The translations under genes were made by a program, and so were the position numbers. The notes under the pieces were generated by a model that saw nothing but the letters and a program-made list of their open reading frames with translations, was not told where the DNA came from and searched no databases. From positions 1-55,554 of IMG/VR virus record IMGVR_UViG_3300030325_000004: a stretch of 55,554 nt of DNA. One strand, 5' to 3'. Within the stretch, counting starts at the first letter, position 1. Each line of letters opens with the position of its first letter. Source of the DNA: a virus (taxonomy: Duplodnaviria; Caudoviricetes). Of this stretch, positions 1-6,875 are shown piece after piece.

Positions 1-96
1 TGCTGCGTGGGATGCTGCGTGGGATGCTGCGCGGGCTCAGCAGGCCGATATTATCCGCAAATACTACCCCAACCCGCCCAAGCCGACGGAGGATAA

Positions 97-240
97 ATGA
101 TTACTCTGTCTGATATCTGCCAGGCACTCGAAGGGGCCAAGCTGGATGCAAAGGTCTGGATCGACCATGGCTACATCTGGATTGATTGCCCCACGGAGCC
201 GCGACTAATCCGCCTGTCCCTGGATCGGATGGGCCGGTGA
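97..240 (+). CDS. small hypothetical protein (47 aa)
   Basis: ATGA overlap with the upstream stop, GGAGG RBS; MITLSDICQALEGAKLDAKVWIDHGYIW... Confidence 0.6.
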   Translation: MITLSDICQALEGAKLDAKVWIDHGYIWIDCPTEPRLIRLSLDRMGR

Positions 241-410
241 AGCCTGCCCGCATCAATCCCGAACGGTTCCAGGCCATGGTCTACGCGGCCCACGAGAAGG
301 CCCGTGCCGAGGACCTGGAGAATCGCCAGAAAATCAGAGAGGAAGTCTCAATGTTGCAATATGCAACGCGCACCGAGGTCTTGAGGTCTTGGGGCGGTGA
401 CTGGAGGTAG
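237..410 (+). CDS. small hypothetical protein
   Basis: GTGA overlap start; VKPARINPERFQAMVYAAHEKARAED... Confidence 0.55.
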   Translation: MKPARINPERFQAMVYAAHEKARAEDLENRQKIREEVSMLQYATRTEVLRSWGGDWR

Positions 411-414
411 TTCC

Positions 415-738
415 ATGCTCGTCTGTGAACCACGCAGGATCGTCTCGAATGTTGACCGCATGGCCTACGATCACCTGGTCCGGGCTGGGGTCATCTACCC
501 TAACAAGGCCGGTCGCCCGCGATATGACAAGAAGGTACTCAAGTCGCGGATCGGCTGGAAGAGGCTCAACCCTACTGGCTGGCATCCCAAGGGCACGATG
601 TGCGATCAATGCGGAGCATCGTCTGGCCGCGAGAACAAACTGCATCCTTACGGCATGAGGCTCTGCCACGACTGCCTGAAGGTTCACGCCGTTTCCATTG
701 ACCGTGGACTCCGGCCCACCGATGAAATAAATTGGTGA
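415..738 (+). CDS. hypothetical protein with Zn-finger (CDQC...CHDC)
   Basis: GGAGGT RBS before ATG 415; two CxxC pairs. Confidence 0.65.
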   Translation: MLVCEPRRIVSNVDRMAYDHLVRAGVIYPNKAGRPRYDKKVLKSRIGWKRLNPTGWHPKGTMCDQCGASSGRENKLHPYGMRLCHDCLKVHAVSIDRGLRPTDEINW

Positions 739-745
739 TTCCCCC

Positions 746-773
746 TTGATCCCGGTTTACAAGAGCCTACAAT
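746..773 (+). promoter_or_regulatory. possible sigma70-type promoter
   Basis: TTGATC-16 bp-TACAAT in an intergenic gap upstream of ORF 796. Confidence 0.35.
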
Positions 774-795
774 CTACAAAAGAAAGGCGCTGAAG

Positions 796-1119
796 ATGCA
801 GACCAACTCGCTACAGATCATGGCCCGTGAGGGATCGCTTGGACCCGGCCCTGGCGACAGGACCGGCGGGATTCTCTACCGGGTCGAAGCGTGGGGCCAG
901 ACTGCCGCCCTGAATTTCCATGGCAACGGGGTTCATGCTATCGTCTACAGCTACCACCTCCCGCAGTTGCTCAACTTCTACCGGGATCTGGGGGCCGCCA
1001 TTGACTTCTTGCAGCCTGGCTTGATCAACCCACTGCCTGACGACAGCCCAGATTTTGTGGATGCCCTCAAGGTAATCCATGAAGCCGACAGAATCAGAAC
1101 CGAACGCAAGAGCCTCTAA
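796..1119 (+). CDS. hypothetical protein
   Basis: ORF with AAAGG RBS, co-oriented with neighbours. Confidence 0.65.
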   Translation: MQTNSLQIMAREGSLGPGPGDRTGGILYRVEAWGQTAALNFHGNGVHAIVYSYHLPQLLNFYRDLGAAIDFLQPGLINPLPDDSPDFVDALKVIHEADRIRTERKSL

Positions 1120-1141
1120 CTATCACCCAAGGAGCCGACAC

Positions 1142-1309
1142 ATGAAGCCCATCCGCTGGGATAAGCCCCGCCACGAACTGACCCGGAAGCAGCTCAAGCG
1201 GCTGACGAAGGGTGGCCACCATGACGCCCTTCCCGAACTCTCGAAGCGCATCGGTTGGGACCGTGCTGTCGCCGTCTGGAACTCCACCGCCTACCACCGT
1301 CCCGAATAG
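1142..1309 (+). CDS. small hypothetical protein
   Basis: AAGGAG RBS; MKPIRWDKPRHELTRKQLKRL... Confidence 0.65.
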   Translation: MKPIRWDKPRHELTRKQLKRLTKGGHHDALPELSKRIGWDRAVAVWNSTAYHRPE

Positions 1310-1317
1310 GAGCCGAG

Positions 1318-1695
1318 ATGAACCCTATGACTCACGCCGAAGCCCTCAAGGCCCTGTTTGTTGAGGGCGCTGACCTCGACCTGACCGATCGCCACGCCGC
1401 GCAGTATGCGCTGTGCATCGCGGGACAAATCGAGCGCACCGCGCAGACGCTGATCGACAGCCTGGTGGACGGCAACGATGCGATGCGGGCCGTTGCAGAT
1501 GAGCCCATGTTCTCGGAGGAGCCCTTCGCAGATCAGATCCGGCAGACCATCGCGGCACGTCGCATCCCCGTCGCCACGCCAGCAGAGGATGCCGCGCTGG
1601 ATGAGATTGAGGCCCGCCAGGTGGACCTCTCCAAGCCGGAGGTGTTCGACATTCTCGGGTTCACACAGAGCTACTTCAATCAGAAGGGGGCGTGA
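1318..1695 (+). CDS. hypothetical protein
   Basis: AGGAG RBS before ATG 1318. Confidence 0.7.
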   Translation: MNPMTHAEALKALFVEGADLDLTDRHAAQYALCIAGQIERTAQTLIDSLVDGNDAMRAVADEPMFSEEPFADQIRQTIAARRIPVATPAEDAALDEIEARQVDLSKPEVFDILGFTQSYFNQKGA

Positions 1696-1696
1696 C

Positions 1697-1912
1697 ATGC
1701 TCCAGATCCGCGTGATCAAGCCGAGCACCATTTACGGTCCCACCCTCCATGTCGGGCTAGTGGACTCCGATCTGAGCACCTGGGAAACCAACCCATTCGC
1801 GGGCATGACCCAGCCCCTCACCCCTGAGTTTGTGGCGTCCCTTGAGGATGCCGCAGCCAAGGCCAGGGTTGCGCTGAACGAGTGGCAGGCAAAGAAAGGG
1901 AAGTCCGCATGA
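1697..1912 (+). CDS. hypothetical protein
   Basis: AAGGGGG RBS; MLQIRVIKPSTIYG... Confidence 0.65.
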   Translation: MLQIRVIKPSTIYGPTLHVGLVDSDLSTWETNPFAGMTQPLTPEFVASLEDAAAKARVALNEWQAKKGKSA

Positions 1913-2118
1913 ACGCCGAAGAACGAGCAATCACCGCTCTCCACATGCTCAGACGCGCAGATGACCATGGGGAAGATTGCGGCATAGACGACTGCGCGAT
2001 TTGCGATGCCAGGGCGGTCCTCCAGGGTTCGTTCCTCCCGTGGGACATCCTGGCCGAGGCTAAGGCCGCTGGCGTAACGCTGGAATGGAAGGGTCCCTAT
2101 TTGGAGGTTATCGCATGA
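1909..2118 (+). CDS. hypothetical protein
   Basis: ATGA coupling; HxxxCxxxxCxxC motif. Confidence 0.6.
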   Translation: MNAEERAITALHMLRRADDHGEDCGIDDCAICDARAVLQGSFLPWDILAEAKAAGVTLEWKGPYLEVIA

Positions 2119-2259
2119 ACGCAGCTGAAAAGCCCTTGCGCCGTGCCCTGGAGAGATCTAACATCTTCCTCTCGGGAGGCTTGTGATGCCACACCGATGC
2201 ACACTAAAGGCAGATGACTACTACTACAGAGGGCCGATGCCCCGGAAACGGAAGGCCGC

Positions 2260-2445
2260 ATGATCCGAGCATTCAAGGCAGCCGTGATCCTGTTCTGCAT
2301 CGGCATGTGGAGCGCGTGGATTTGCGGGGCCATCATCGCCGCCAGCGACAACATCGCATACAGCCGAAAGAAGGCAGAGCAGGTCCGGCAATACAACGCC
2401 TCCATTGAGGCCATGACGAAGATTCAGAAGGAGATGCCGCGATGA
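2260..2445 (+). CDS. small membrane protein
   Basis: N-terminal hydrophobic helix; coupled to the next gene. Confidence 0.6.
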   Translation: MIRAFKAAVILFCIGMWSAWICGAIIAASDNIAYSRKKAEQVRQYNASIEAMTKIQKEMPR

Positions 2446-2825
2446 GCTGGCTCTGGTTCGCCATCATCCTAGCCGCCAGCCTCGCCGTGTGCGCCGGGAT
2501 CTACCGGGAGCAGGTTGAGCGGGACGAGGCGAGGCGACAGGAACGGGCGCGGGAACGCAGGGAACGCCTGGAGGATGCCGTCCGCGTCCTGGGAGAGCAC
2601 TACGCCGCAATGGTGGCCGTGGATGACGCCAAGGTGAAGGCATTCCGGGAGAACCGCGCCGAACTGAAGGCCCTCTGGGACGAGCAATACGCCCTGCTGA
2701 CAGGCTTCCGTAACGGCGACTTTGCTGAGTGGTATACGCATAGACTCTGGTGCCGGAACCGTGATCACTGGAGCTTCATCATCGCGGCGAAAGGCCGGAT
2801 CGTGCCGGATGAGATGAGCGCGTAA
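2442..2825 (+). CDS. membrane-anchored coiled-coil hypothetical protein; its stop codon lies in the left box of attC-1
   Basis: ATGA coupling, N-terminal TM helix, TAA inside GCGTAAC. Confidence 0.7.
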   Translation: MSWLWFAIILAASLAVCAGIYREQVERDEARRQERARERRERLEDAVRVLGEHYAAMVAVDDAKVKAFRENRAELKALWDEQYALLTGFRNGDFAEWYTHRLWCRNRDHWSFIIAAKGRIVPDEMSA

Positions 2826-2915
2826 CGGAGCCATTTAACCGGCCCCAGCGCAGGCCGGACCTTCAGAAACCACTTCGCACCCGCGCTGGGGTCCGAGTTG
2901 ATGCAGGGGTTAGGC
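2820..2915 (-). repeat. attC-like site 1 (96 bp)
   Basis: GCGTAAC...ttaaccggccccagcg / cgctgggg(t)ccg(a)gttga...GTTAGGC. Confidence 0.8.
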
Positions 2916-3242
2916 ATGGACGCAATCACTGATAAGGCCGCCATCAAGGCCATCCTGGACGACTACGACTGGCGGGAAGCGGTCAACTACGCATCCTGGA
3001 ACGCCGACGAAGTGGCCGAAATCCTGGCCATGGAAGAGGGCGAAAACGATGGGAATAACTGGCTCATGGTCGTGAAGCTCGAAGACGGGCGCTTCAGCTT
3101 CCTCTCTGCCGGTTGCGACTACACGGGCTGGGATTGCCAAGCCGGTGGAAGCAGCGACGAAAAGGGGAGTTTGGAAGAACTCATCCGAATGGGAATGGGG
3201 CAGGAGGACCGGGACAGGTTGGGATACAAGATCGACGCCTAA
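2916..3242 (+). CDS. cassette 1: hypothetical protein (SAGCDYTGWDC motif)
   Basis: ATG directly after GTTAGGC; TAA inside the next GCCTAAC. Confidence 0.8.
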   Translation: MDAITDKAAIKAILDDYDWREAVNYASWNADEVAEILAMEEGENDGNNWLMVVKLEDGRFSFLSAGCDYTGWDCQAGGSSDEKGSLEELIRMGMGQEDRDRLGYKIDA

Positions 3243-3331
3243 CGAAAAAAGTTCAGCGGCCAAGCCGCTTGAACACCCTTAACAATTTACAACACTTACG
3301 CGGCTTGGTCCGCTGGAACTAGAGGTTAGGC
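3237..3331 (-). repeat. attC-like site 2 (95 bp)
   Basis: GCCTAAC...gttcagcggccaagccgc / gcggcttgg(t)ccgctg(g)aac tagag GTTAGGC. Confidence 0.9.
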
Positions 3332-3334
3332 GTC

Positions 3335-3505
3335 ATGCAAATTAAGCAAGAACCATCATTCAAACCCGTGATCATTACGCTGAACACCCGTGAGGAAGCT
3401 GAAGATTTCTGGGCGATGCTACTAGATAAGGAATCAACACTAAAGGGCGGTCCCAAATCTCTAGCAATCAAGTTGAGCAACTGGTTCACGGAGCATTACC
3501 GTTGA
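3335..3505 (+). CDS. cassette 2: 56-aa hypothetical protein
   Basis: MQIKQEPSFKPVIITLNTREEAEDFW...HYR*; fills the space between sites 2 and 3; below the ORF-track cutoff. Confidence 0.75.
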   Translation: MQIKQEPSFKPVIITLNTREEAEDFWAMLLDKESTLKGGPKSLAIKLSNWFTEHYR

Positions 3506-3506
3506 C

Positions 3507-3606
3507 GCCTAACGACAGGCATAACCGGCCCTTGGGCCAGGAAGGACGAACCATGAACCAGAAAAACGAACAGGCCCAAGGGTCCGCGTTGAGCGGAGGG
3601 TTGGGT
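3507..3606 (-). repeat. attC-like site 3 (100 bp), RBS and ATG in loop
   Basis: GCCTAAC...aaccggcccttgggcc / ggcccaaggg(t)ccg(c)gtt...GTTGGGT. Confidence 0.85.
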
Positions 3607-3795
3607 GCGGCCACGGACCCTTGGTATCAGCACGAAGCAATTGATAGATGCCACGTCATTAATTGCATGATCTGGGACCACCTTGGAACACATCCATTTG
3701 TGTCCGCATATCCGGAGATCCAATCGCTAATCCTCAAGGCATCGGAACTACTGGGTGATGCGTACCAAAAAATGGGGCGGATAGAACTGAAGTAG
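3553..3795 (+). CDS. cassette 3: hypothetical protein
   Basis: AAGGA RBS and ATG inside site 3; ...HEAIDRCHVINCMIWDHLGTHP... Confidence 0.75.
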   Translation: MNQKNEQAQGSALSGGLGAATDPWYQHEAIDRCHVINCMIWDHLGTHPFVSAYPEIQSLILKASELLGDAYQKMGRIELK

Positions 3796-3796
3796 C

Positions 3797-3854
3797 GCCC
3801 AACTTCGGAGCTAGCTCGGCCCGATAGGGTCCGACGCTGAGCGACCAGTTGGGC
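3797..3854 (-). repeat. attC-like site 4 (58 bp)
   Basis: GCCCAAC...gctagctcggccc gata ggg(t)ccga(c)gct(g)agc gacca GTTGGGC. Confidence 0.9.
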
Positions 3855-3885
3855 CGCGAACCCCTAACCAATTGAAGGAGAAAAT

Positions 3886-4290
3886 ATGATCCAAGAATTT
3901 GTGAAGGCGTGGGAATCACGGAAGGGCGAAATCGAAGCGATGTTCCGGGCCAAGCACCCCGAGGATTATGCGGAGATCGTCAAGGCTGTAGTGATGATCT
4001 TGAACGCTGATTCGGAAGACTACGACCGGCCCGACCCGGAGCGGATTACCGGCATTGACCACGGCCATTACCAGGGCACTCTACTTTTCGTCATCGCCGG
4101 GTCGGGCTATCAACCCGATAACTTCTGGTTTGTGAAGGTGGGCTACGGGAGCTGCTCTGGATGCGACACCCTGGAGCGCATCAGGGACTATGACGATGCC
4201 CCGCCCTCAGATGAGCAGGTCGCGGACTACATGACGCTGGCCCTGCATATCGTCCAGGGATTGAAGCCGCTGGATGGTGAAACCGTCTGA
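3886..4290 (+). CDS. cassette 4: hypothetical protein (YQG...YGSCSGCD motif)
   Basis: AAGGAG RBS; Cys motif seen in small phage proteins. Confidence 0.85.
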   Translation: MIQEFVKAWESRKGEIEAMFRAKHPEDYAEIVKAVVMILNADSEDYDRPDPERITGIDHGHYQGTLLFVIAGSGYQPDNFWFVKVGYGSCSGCDTLERIRDYDDAPPSDEQVADYMTLALHIVQGLKPLDGETV

Positions 4291-4297
4291 ACGAGCG

Positions 4298-4392
4298 GCC
4301 CAACGAAAAGCTCACCGGCCCTGCCGCAGGTGAGCCACAACCCTTCAAATTTCGGACACGCGGCAGGGTCCGAGTGGAGCGCCCGGTTGGGC
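4298..4392 (-). repeat. attC-like site 5 (95 bp)
   Basis: GCCCAAC...gctcaccggccctgccgc / gcggcaggg(t)ccg(a)gtg(g)agc gcccg GTTGGGC. Confidence 0.9.
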
Positions 4393-4405
4393 GCGGGAGA
4401 TAAAA

Positions 4406-4642
4406 ATGAACTTTGGACAAGCTCTTGAAGCACTGAAGCTGGGATCAAAGGTGAGCCGTTCGGGATGGAACGGGAAGGGGCTCTGGCTGGAGCTGCAACA
4501 CCCGGACGAGAACAGCAAGATGACTCTGCCCTACATCTTCATCAACTATCCAGATGACGCGAAGACCACGCCCGGCGCACGGGTGCCCTGGTTGGCCTCG
4601 CAGACGGATGTGCTGGCCGAGGATTGGACCATCAACCTTTAG
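4406..4642 (+). CDS. tad2: cassette 5: DUF2829 / Tad2-like (Thoeris anti-defence 2) protein
   Basis: MNFGQALEALKxGxKVxRxGWNGKG...PWLASQTDVLAEDW is the DUF2829 signature. Confidence 0.85.
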   Translation: MNFGQALEALKLGSKVSRSGWNGKGLWLELQHPDENSKMTLPYIFINYPDDAKTTPGARVPWLASQTDVLAEDWTINL

Positions 4643-4643
4643 C

Positions 4644-4719
4644 GCCCAACTTTGGCATTAACCCGGCGGCGCAGCCGTCCGGTGAGCGAAGCGAACGCAG
4701 GTTGAATGCCCGGTTGGGC
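4644..4719 (-). repeat. attC-like site 6 (76 bp; identical to site 10)
   Basis: GCCCAAC tttg gcattaacc...ggtt(g)aat gcccg GTTGGGC. Confidence 0.88.
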
Positions 4720-4738
4720 GCGAACAATGGAGGAACAC

Positions 4739-4921
4739 ATGAAGCCCGAAATTGAAATCTACTTCGCCAAGTTCTACCGCCGGGATCCAGGTCTGGGGTG
4801 GCGGTTCACACTCTTCGAGATCTACAACTTCGATTCCGGAGCGGAGTGGGCACTATTCGCCATCGACTGGCAACCCGAAAACGCGCCCGATGGTAAGCGC
4901 CTAACGGTCAACCTGCTCTAG
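4739..4921 (+). CDS. cassette 6: hypothetical protein
   Basis: GGAGG RBS; MKPEIEIYFAKFYRRDPG...; TAG abuts site 7. Confidence 0.75.
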   Translation: MKPEIEIYFAKFYRRDPGLGWRFTLFEIYNFDSGAEWALFAIDWQPENAPDGKRLTVNLL

Positions 4922-4922
4922 C

Positions 4923-5020
4923 GCCCAACGATGCAGCTAACCGGCCCCGCCGTGGGCCAGAAAGGAACGATGTGAGCGAAGGCAACGCAGGCGGGGTCCG
5001 AGTTGATGCAAGGGTTGGGC
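4923..5020 (-). repeat. attC-like site 7 (98 bp), RBS and GTG in loop
   Basis: GCCCAAC...taaccggccccgcc / ggcgggg(t)ccg(a)gttg...GTTGGGC. Confidence 0.85.
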
Positions 5021-5211
5021 GCCCATCCTGCCCATTGTGCGGGAAGCCGCTGGAACGAGTGACGAATACCGGAGGCTGGATGAATGATGACCAGTTCGAT
5101 GCTTCAAAAGCTGGGGATTGGTTTTGCGAGTGCAGCGATAACGGGCGAGGGAATGCACCCTTCGCCTACTTCTGGACCCGCGAACTCGAATCCGGGCTCT
5201 TAGCCCACTGA
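4972..5211 (+). CDS. cassette 7: Zn-ribbon-like hypothetical protein
   Basis: AAAGGA RBS and GTG within site 7; CPLCG...WFCEC. Confidence 0.75.
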   Translation: MSEGNAGGVRVDARVGRPSCPLCGKPLERVTNTGGWMNDDQFDASKAGDWFCECSDNGRGNAPFAYFWTRELESGLLAH

Positions 5212-5212
5212 C

Positions 5213-5337
5213 GCCCAACGATAAAGCTGACCGGCCCAAGGGCCACCGAAACAACAGGAGGAGACATGCAAGACGAGCAGAACGCGGGAGAGCGGAAGAT
5301 GGAAGCCCTTGGGTCCGAGTTGAGCGACCGGTTGGGC
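5213..5337 (-). repeat. attC-like site 8 (125 bp), RBS and ATG in loop
   Basis: GCCCAAC...gctgaccggcccaagggc / gcccttggg(t)ccg(a)gtt(g)agc gaccg GTTGGGC. Confidence 0.87.
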
Positions 5338-5604
5338 GGTGCTCTCGAAGAGTCGCTGGTGGACACGCTTGTTACCAAGTGCGAATCCCTTCAGGCCCGC
5401 GTGAAAGAGCTTGAGGGGAAGCTGGCGGAAGAGGAACACAACCACCTTGGAACACTCGGCCAGCGTGACCAGTGCTATGAATGGGCCGACAAATTCGCCG
5501 ATGCCATCGCCGCGCATTTCCGGGAGGACATTGGCGAGCACTCGAACATGAACGACCCCTGGCGGAACGCCCTTGACTTGATCGAAGGGACATTCTGCCG
5601 GTGA
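5266..5604 (+). CDS. cassette 8: coiled-coil protein with an IGEHSNxNxPW domain (resembles Ead/Ea22-type phage proteins)
   Basis: AGGAGG RBS inside site 8; WADKFADAIAAHFREDIGEHSNMNDPWRNAL. Confidence 0.75.
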   Translation: MQDEQNAGERKMEALGSELSDRLGGALEESLVDTLVTKCESLQARVKELEGKLAEEEHNHLGTLGQRDQCYEWADKFADAIAAHFREDIGEHSNMNDPWRNALDLIEGTFCR

Positions 5605-5605
5605 C

Positions 5606-5703
5606 GCCCAACGGAGCCAGTTCACCGGACCCGCAGCCGGTGAACCACAACCTTTCAAATATCGGAATTGCTGCGGGGTCCGAGTGGAACTGGATGGTTG
5701 GAC
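5606..5703 (-). repeat. attC-like site 9 (98 bp)
   Basis: GCCCAAC...ccagttcaccggacccgcagc / gctgcggggtccg(a)gtg(g)aactgg...GTTGGAC; loop resembles site 5. Confidence 0.85.
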
Positions 5704-5725
5704 GCGATGCCTGGAGGAGAACGCG

Positions 5726-5902
5726 ATGAGTTGTGACCGACGATGTTTCGACAAAGAGAGCAAGTGGTACGGGCACGAAGACTGCAACACCTGCCCTGGA
5801 GCTGATGTATGGAGGCCCAGGAACAAGCCGGGGCAGGTGCAGAAGCAAGAGGACCCCGACCCCTGGATGGGTAGCGACCTGGCCGACGAAGGGGACAAGT
5901 AG
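5726..5902 (+). CDS. cassette 9: Cys-rich small protein
   Basis: GGAGGAG RBS; MSCDRRC...CNTC. Confidence 0.7.
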   Translation: MSCDRRCFDKESKWYGHEDCNTCPGADVWRPRNKPGQVQKQEDPDPWMGSDLADEGDK

Positions 5903-5903
5903 C

Positions 5904-5979
5904 GCCCAACTTTGGCATTAACCCGGCGGCGCAGCCGTCCGGTGAGCGAAGCGAACGCAGGTTGAATGCCCGGTTGGGC
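5904..5979 (-). repeat. attC-like site 10 (76 bp; identical to site 6)
   Basis: 5900-5997 is identical to 4640-4737 (98 bp). Confidence 0.9.
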
Positions 5980-5997
5980 GCGAACAATGGAGGAACA

Positions 5998-6186
5998 GTG
6001 CCGAGAATTAAGGTTGAATTTGAAGTCGAAATCCCCTCCGATGTGCGGATCAACGACGACAACCTGGAAGAGTGGCTGCGCTTCTGGTTGAACGACAACG
6101 GCGACATGAGTATGGAGAACCCACTGGATGATCTGGTGGGTGAGGTTGAACCCGTGTTCGGGACTTTTGAATGGGAATGGCGATAG
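5998..6186 (+). CDS. cassette 10: small acidic protein
   Basis: GGAGG RBS and GTG; very Asp/Glu-rich. Confidence 0.75.
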   Translation: MPRIKVEFEVEIPSDVRINDDNLEEWLRFWLNDNGDMSMENPLDDLVGEVEPVFGTFEWEWR

Positions 6187-6187
6187 C

Positions 6188-6253
6188 GCCCAACTTCGGA
6201 GCTAGCTCGGCCACGGCGCAGCCGGGGTCCGACGCTGAGCGACTTGGTTAGGG
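6188..6253 (-). repeat. attC-like site 11 (66 bp; same family as site 4)
   Basis: GCCCAACttcggagctagctcggcc...ggg(t)ccga(c)gct(g)agc gacttg GTTAGGG. Confidence 0.88.
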
Positions 6254-6273
6254 CGCTGAACAACGGAGGATGG

Positions 6274-6858
6274 ATGAACTGGCAGGATCGGATCGAAAAC
6301 TACAAGAGAGAGACAGGCTTTCCAGAGGCACTTTTTGTGGGGGCCGATGGCCGCGTCGTTGGGACCTGGATCATGGGGAACGACTACCGCGTGAAGTCCA
6401 CCTATTACGGCGGCTACCCGGCTGGATACCTGCGACGTATCAAATCCCTGTTCCCGGAGAAGGCCAGTGTCTTACATCTGTTTAGCGGGAAGGTGGACAC
6501 GGCAACCTTTCCAGGTAAGACAGTGGATATCAACCCCGACAACCAGCCTGATTTCTTGGATGATGCCCAACACCTTACGGGCGTCCCCGTCGAGGATTTC
6601 GATCTAGTGTTGGCAGATCCGCCGTATTCCGTCGAAGATTGCGAGCACTACCAGACCAGCATGATCAAGCGAAACGTGGTCATGAAGGCCCTTGGAAGGC
6701 GCTTGAAACCCGGAGCCCACGTTGTCTGGCTCGACCAGGTGCTACCCATGTATCGCAAGGATCAATTCGCCCTTGAGGCGGCTATCGGAATGCAGAAATC
6801 CACAAACCATCGGTTCCGAATCATCACGATTTTCCGAAAGCTAGACGAAGCGCCCTAA
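6274..6858 (+). CDS. cassette 11: DNA N6-adenine/N4-cytosine methyltransferase-like protein
   Basis: VLHLFSG (motif I-like) and VLADPPY (motif IV); TAA inside CCCTAAC. Confidence 0.8.
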   Translation: MNWQDRIENYKRETGFPEALFVGADGRVVGTWIMGNDYRVKSTYYGGYPAGYLRRIKSLFPEKASVLHLFSGKVDTATFPGKTVDINPDNQPDFLDDAQHLTGVPVEDFDLVLADPPYSVEDCEHYQTSMIKRNVVMKALGRRLKPGAHVVWLDQVLPMYRKDQFALEAAIGMQKSTNHRFRIITIFRKLDEAP

Positions 6859-6875
6859 CTAGCGCTAGGCGTACT
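6850..6875 (-). other. terminal core site of the array, possible attI-like site
   Basis: Minus strand reads gtac GCCTAGC gcta GTTAGGGcgc: a core box plus a degenerate inverted box, with no attC hairpin. Confidence 0.45.

Larger units (their letters stand above)
2820..6859. mobile_element. integron-type gene cassette array without integrase (CALIN-like): 11 attC + 11 ORFs
   Basis: Strict alternation of RYYYAAC...GTTRRRY imperfect hairpins carrying extrahelical bases with single small ORFs. Confidence 0.88.

Noticed and set aside
4181-6263. Minus-strand ORFs across the array as canonical-orientation cassette genes
   Set aside because: They run through attC sites, lack RBSs and are shadows of + strand genes that have clear RBSs and motifs.
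2820-6859. CRISPR array or simple terminators as an explanation for the recurring repeats
   Set aside because: The intervening DNA is 170-600 bp of intact ORFs. The repeats vary in length and sequence but keep core boxes and bulges. There are no U-tracts and no cas genes.
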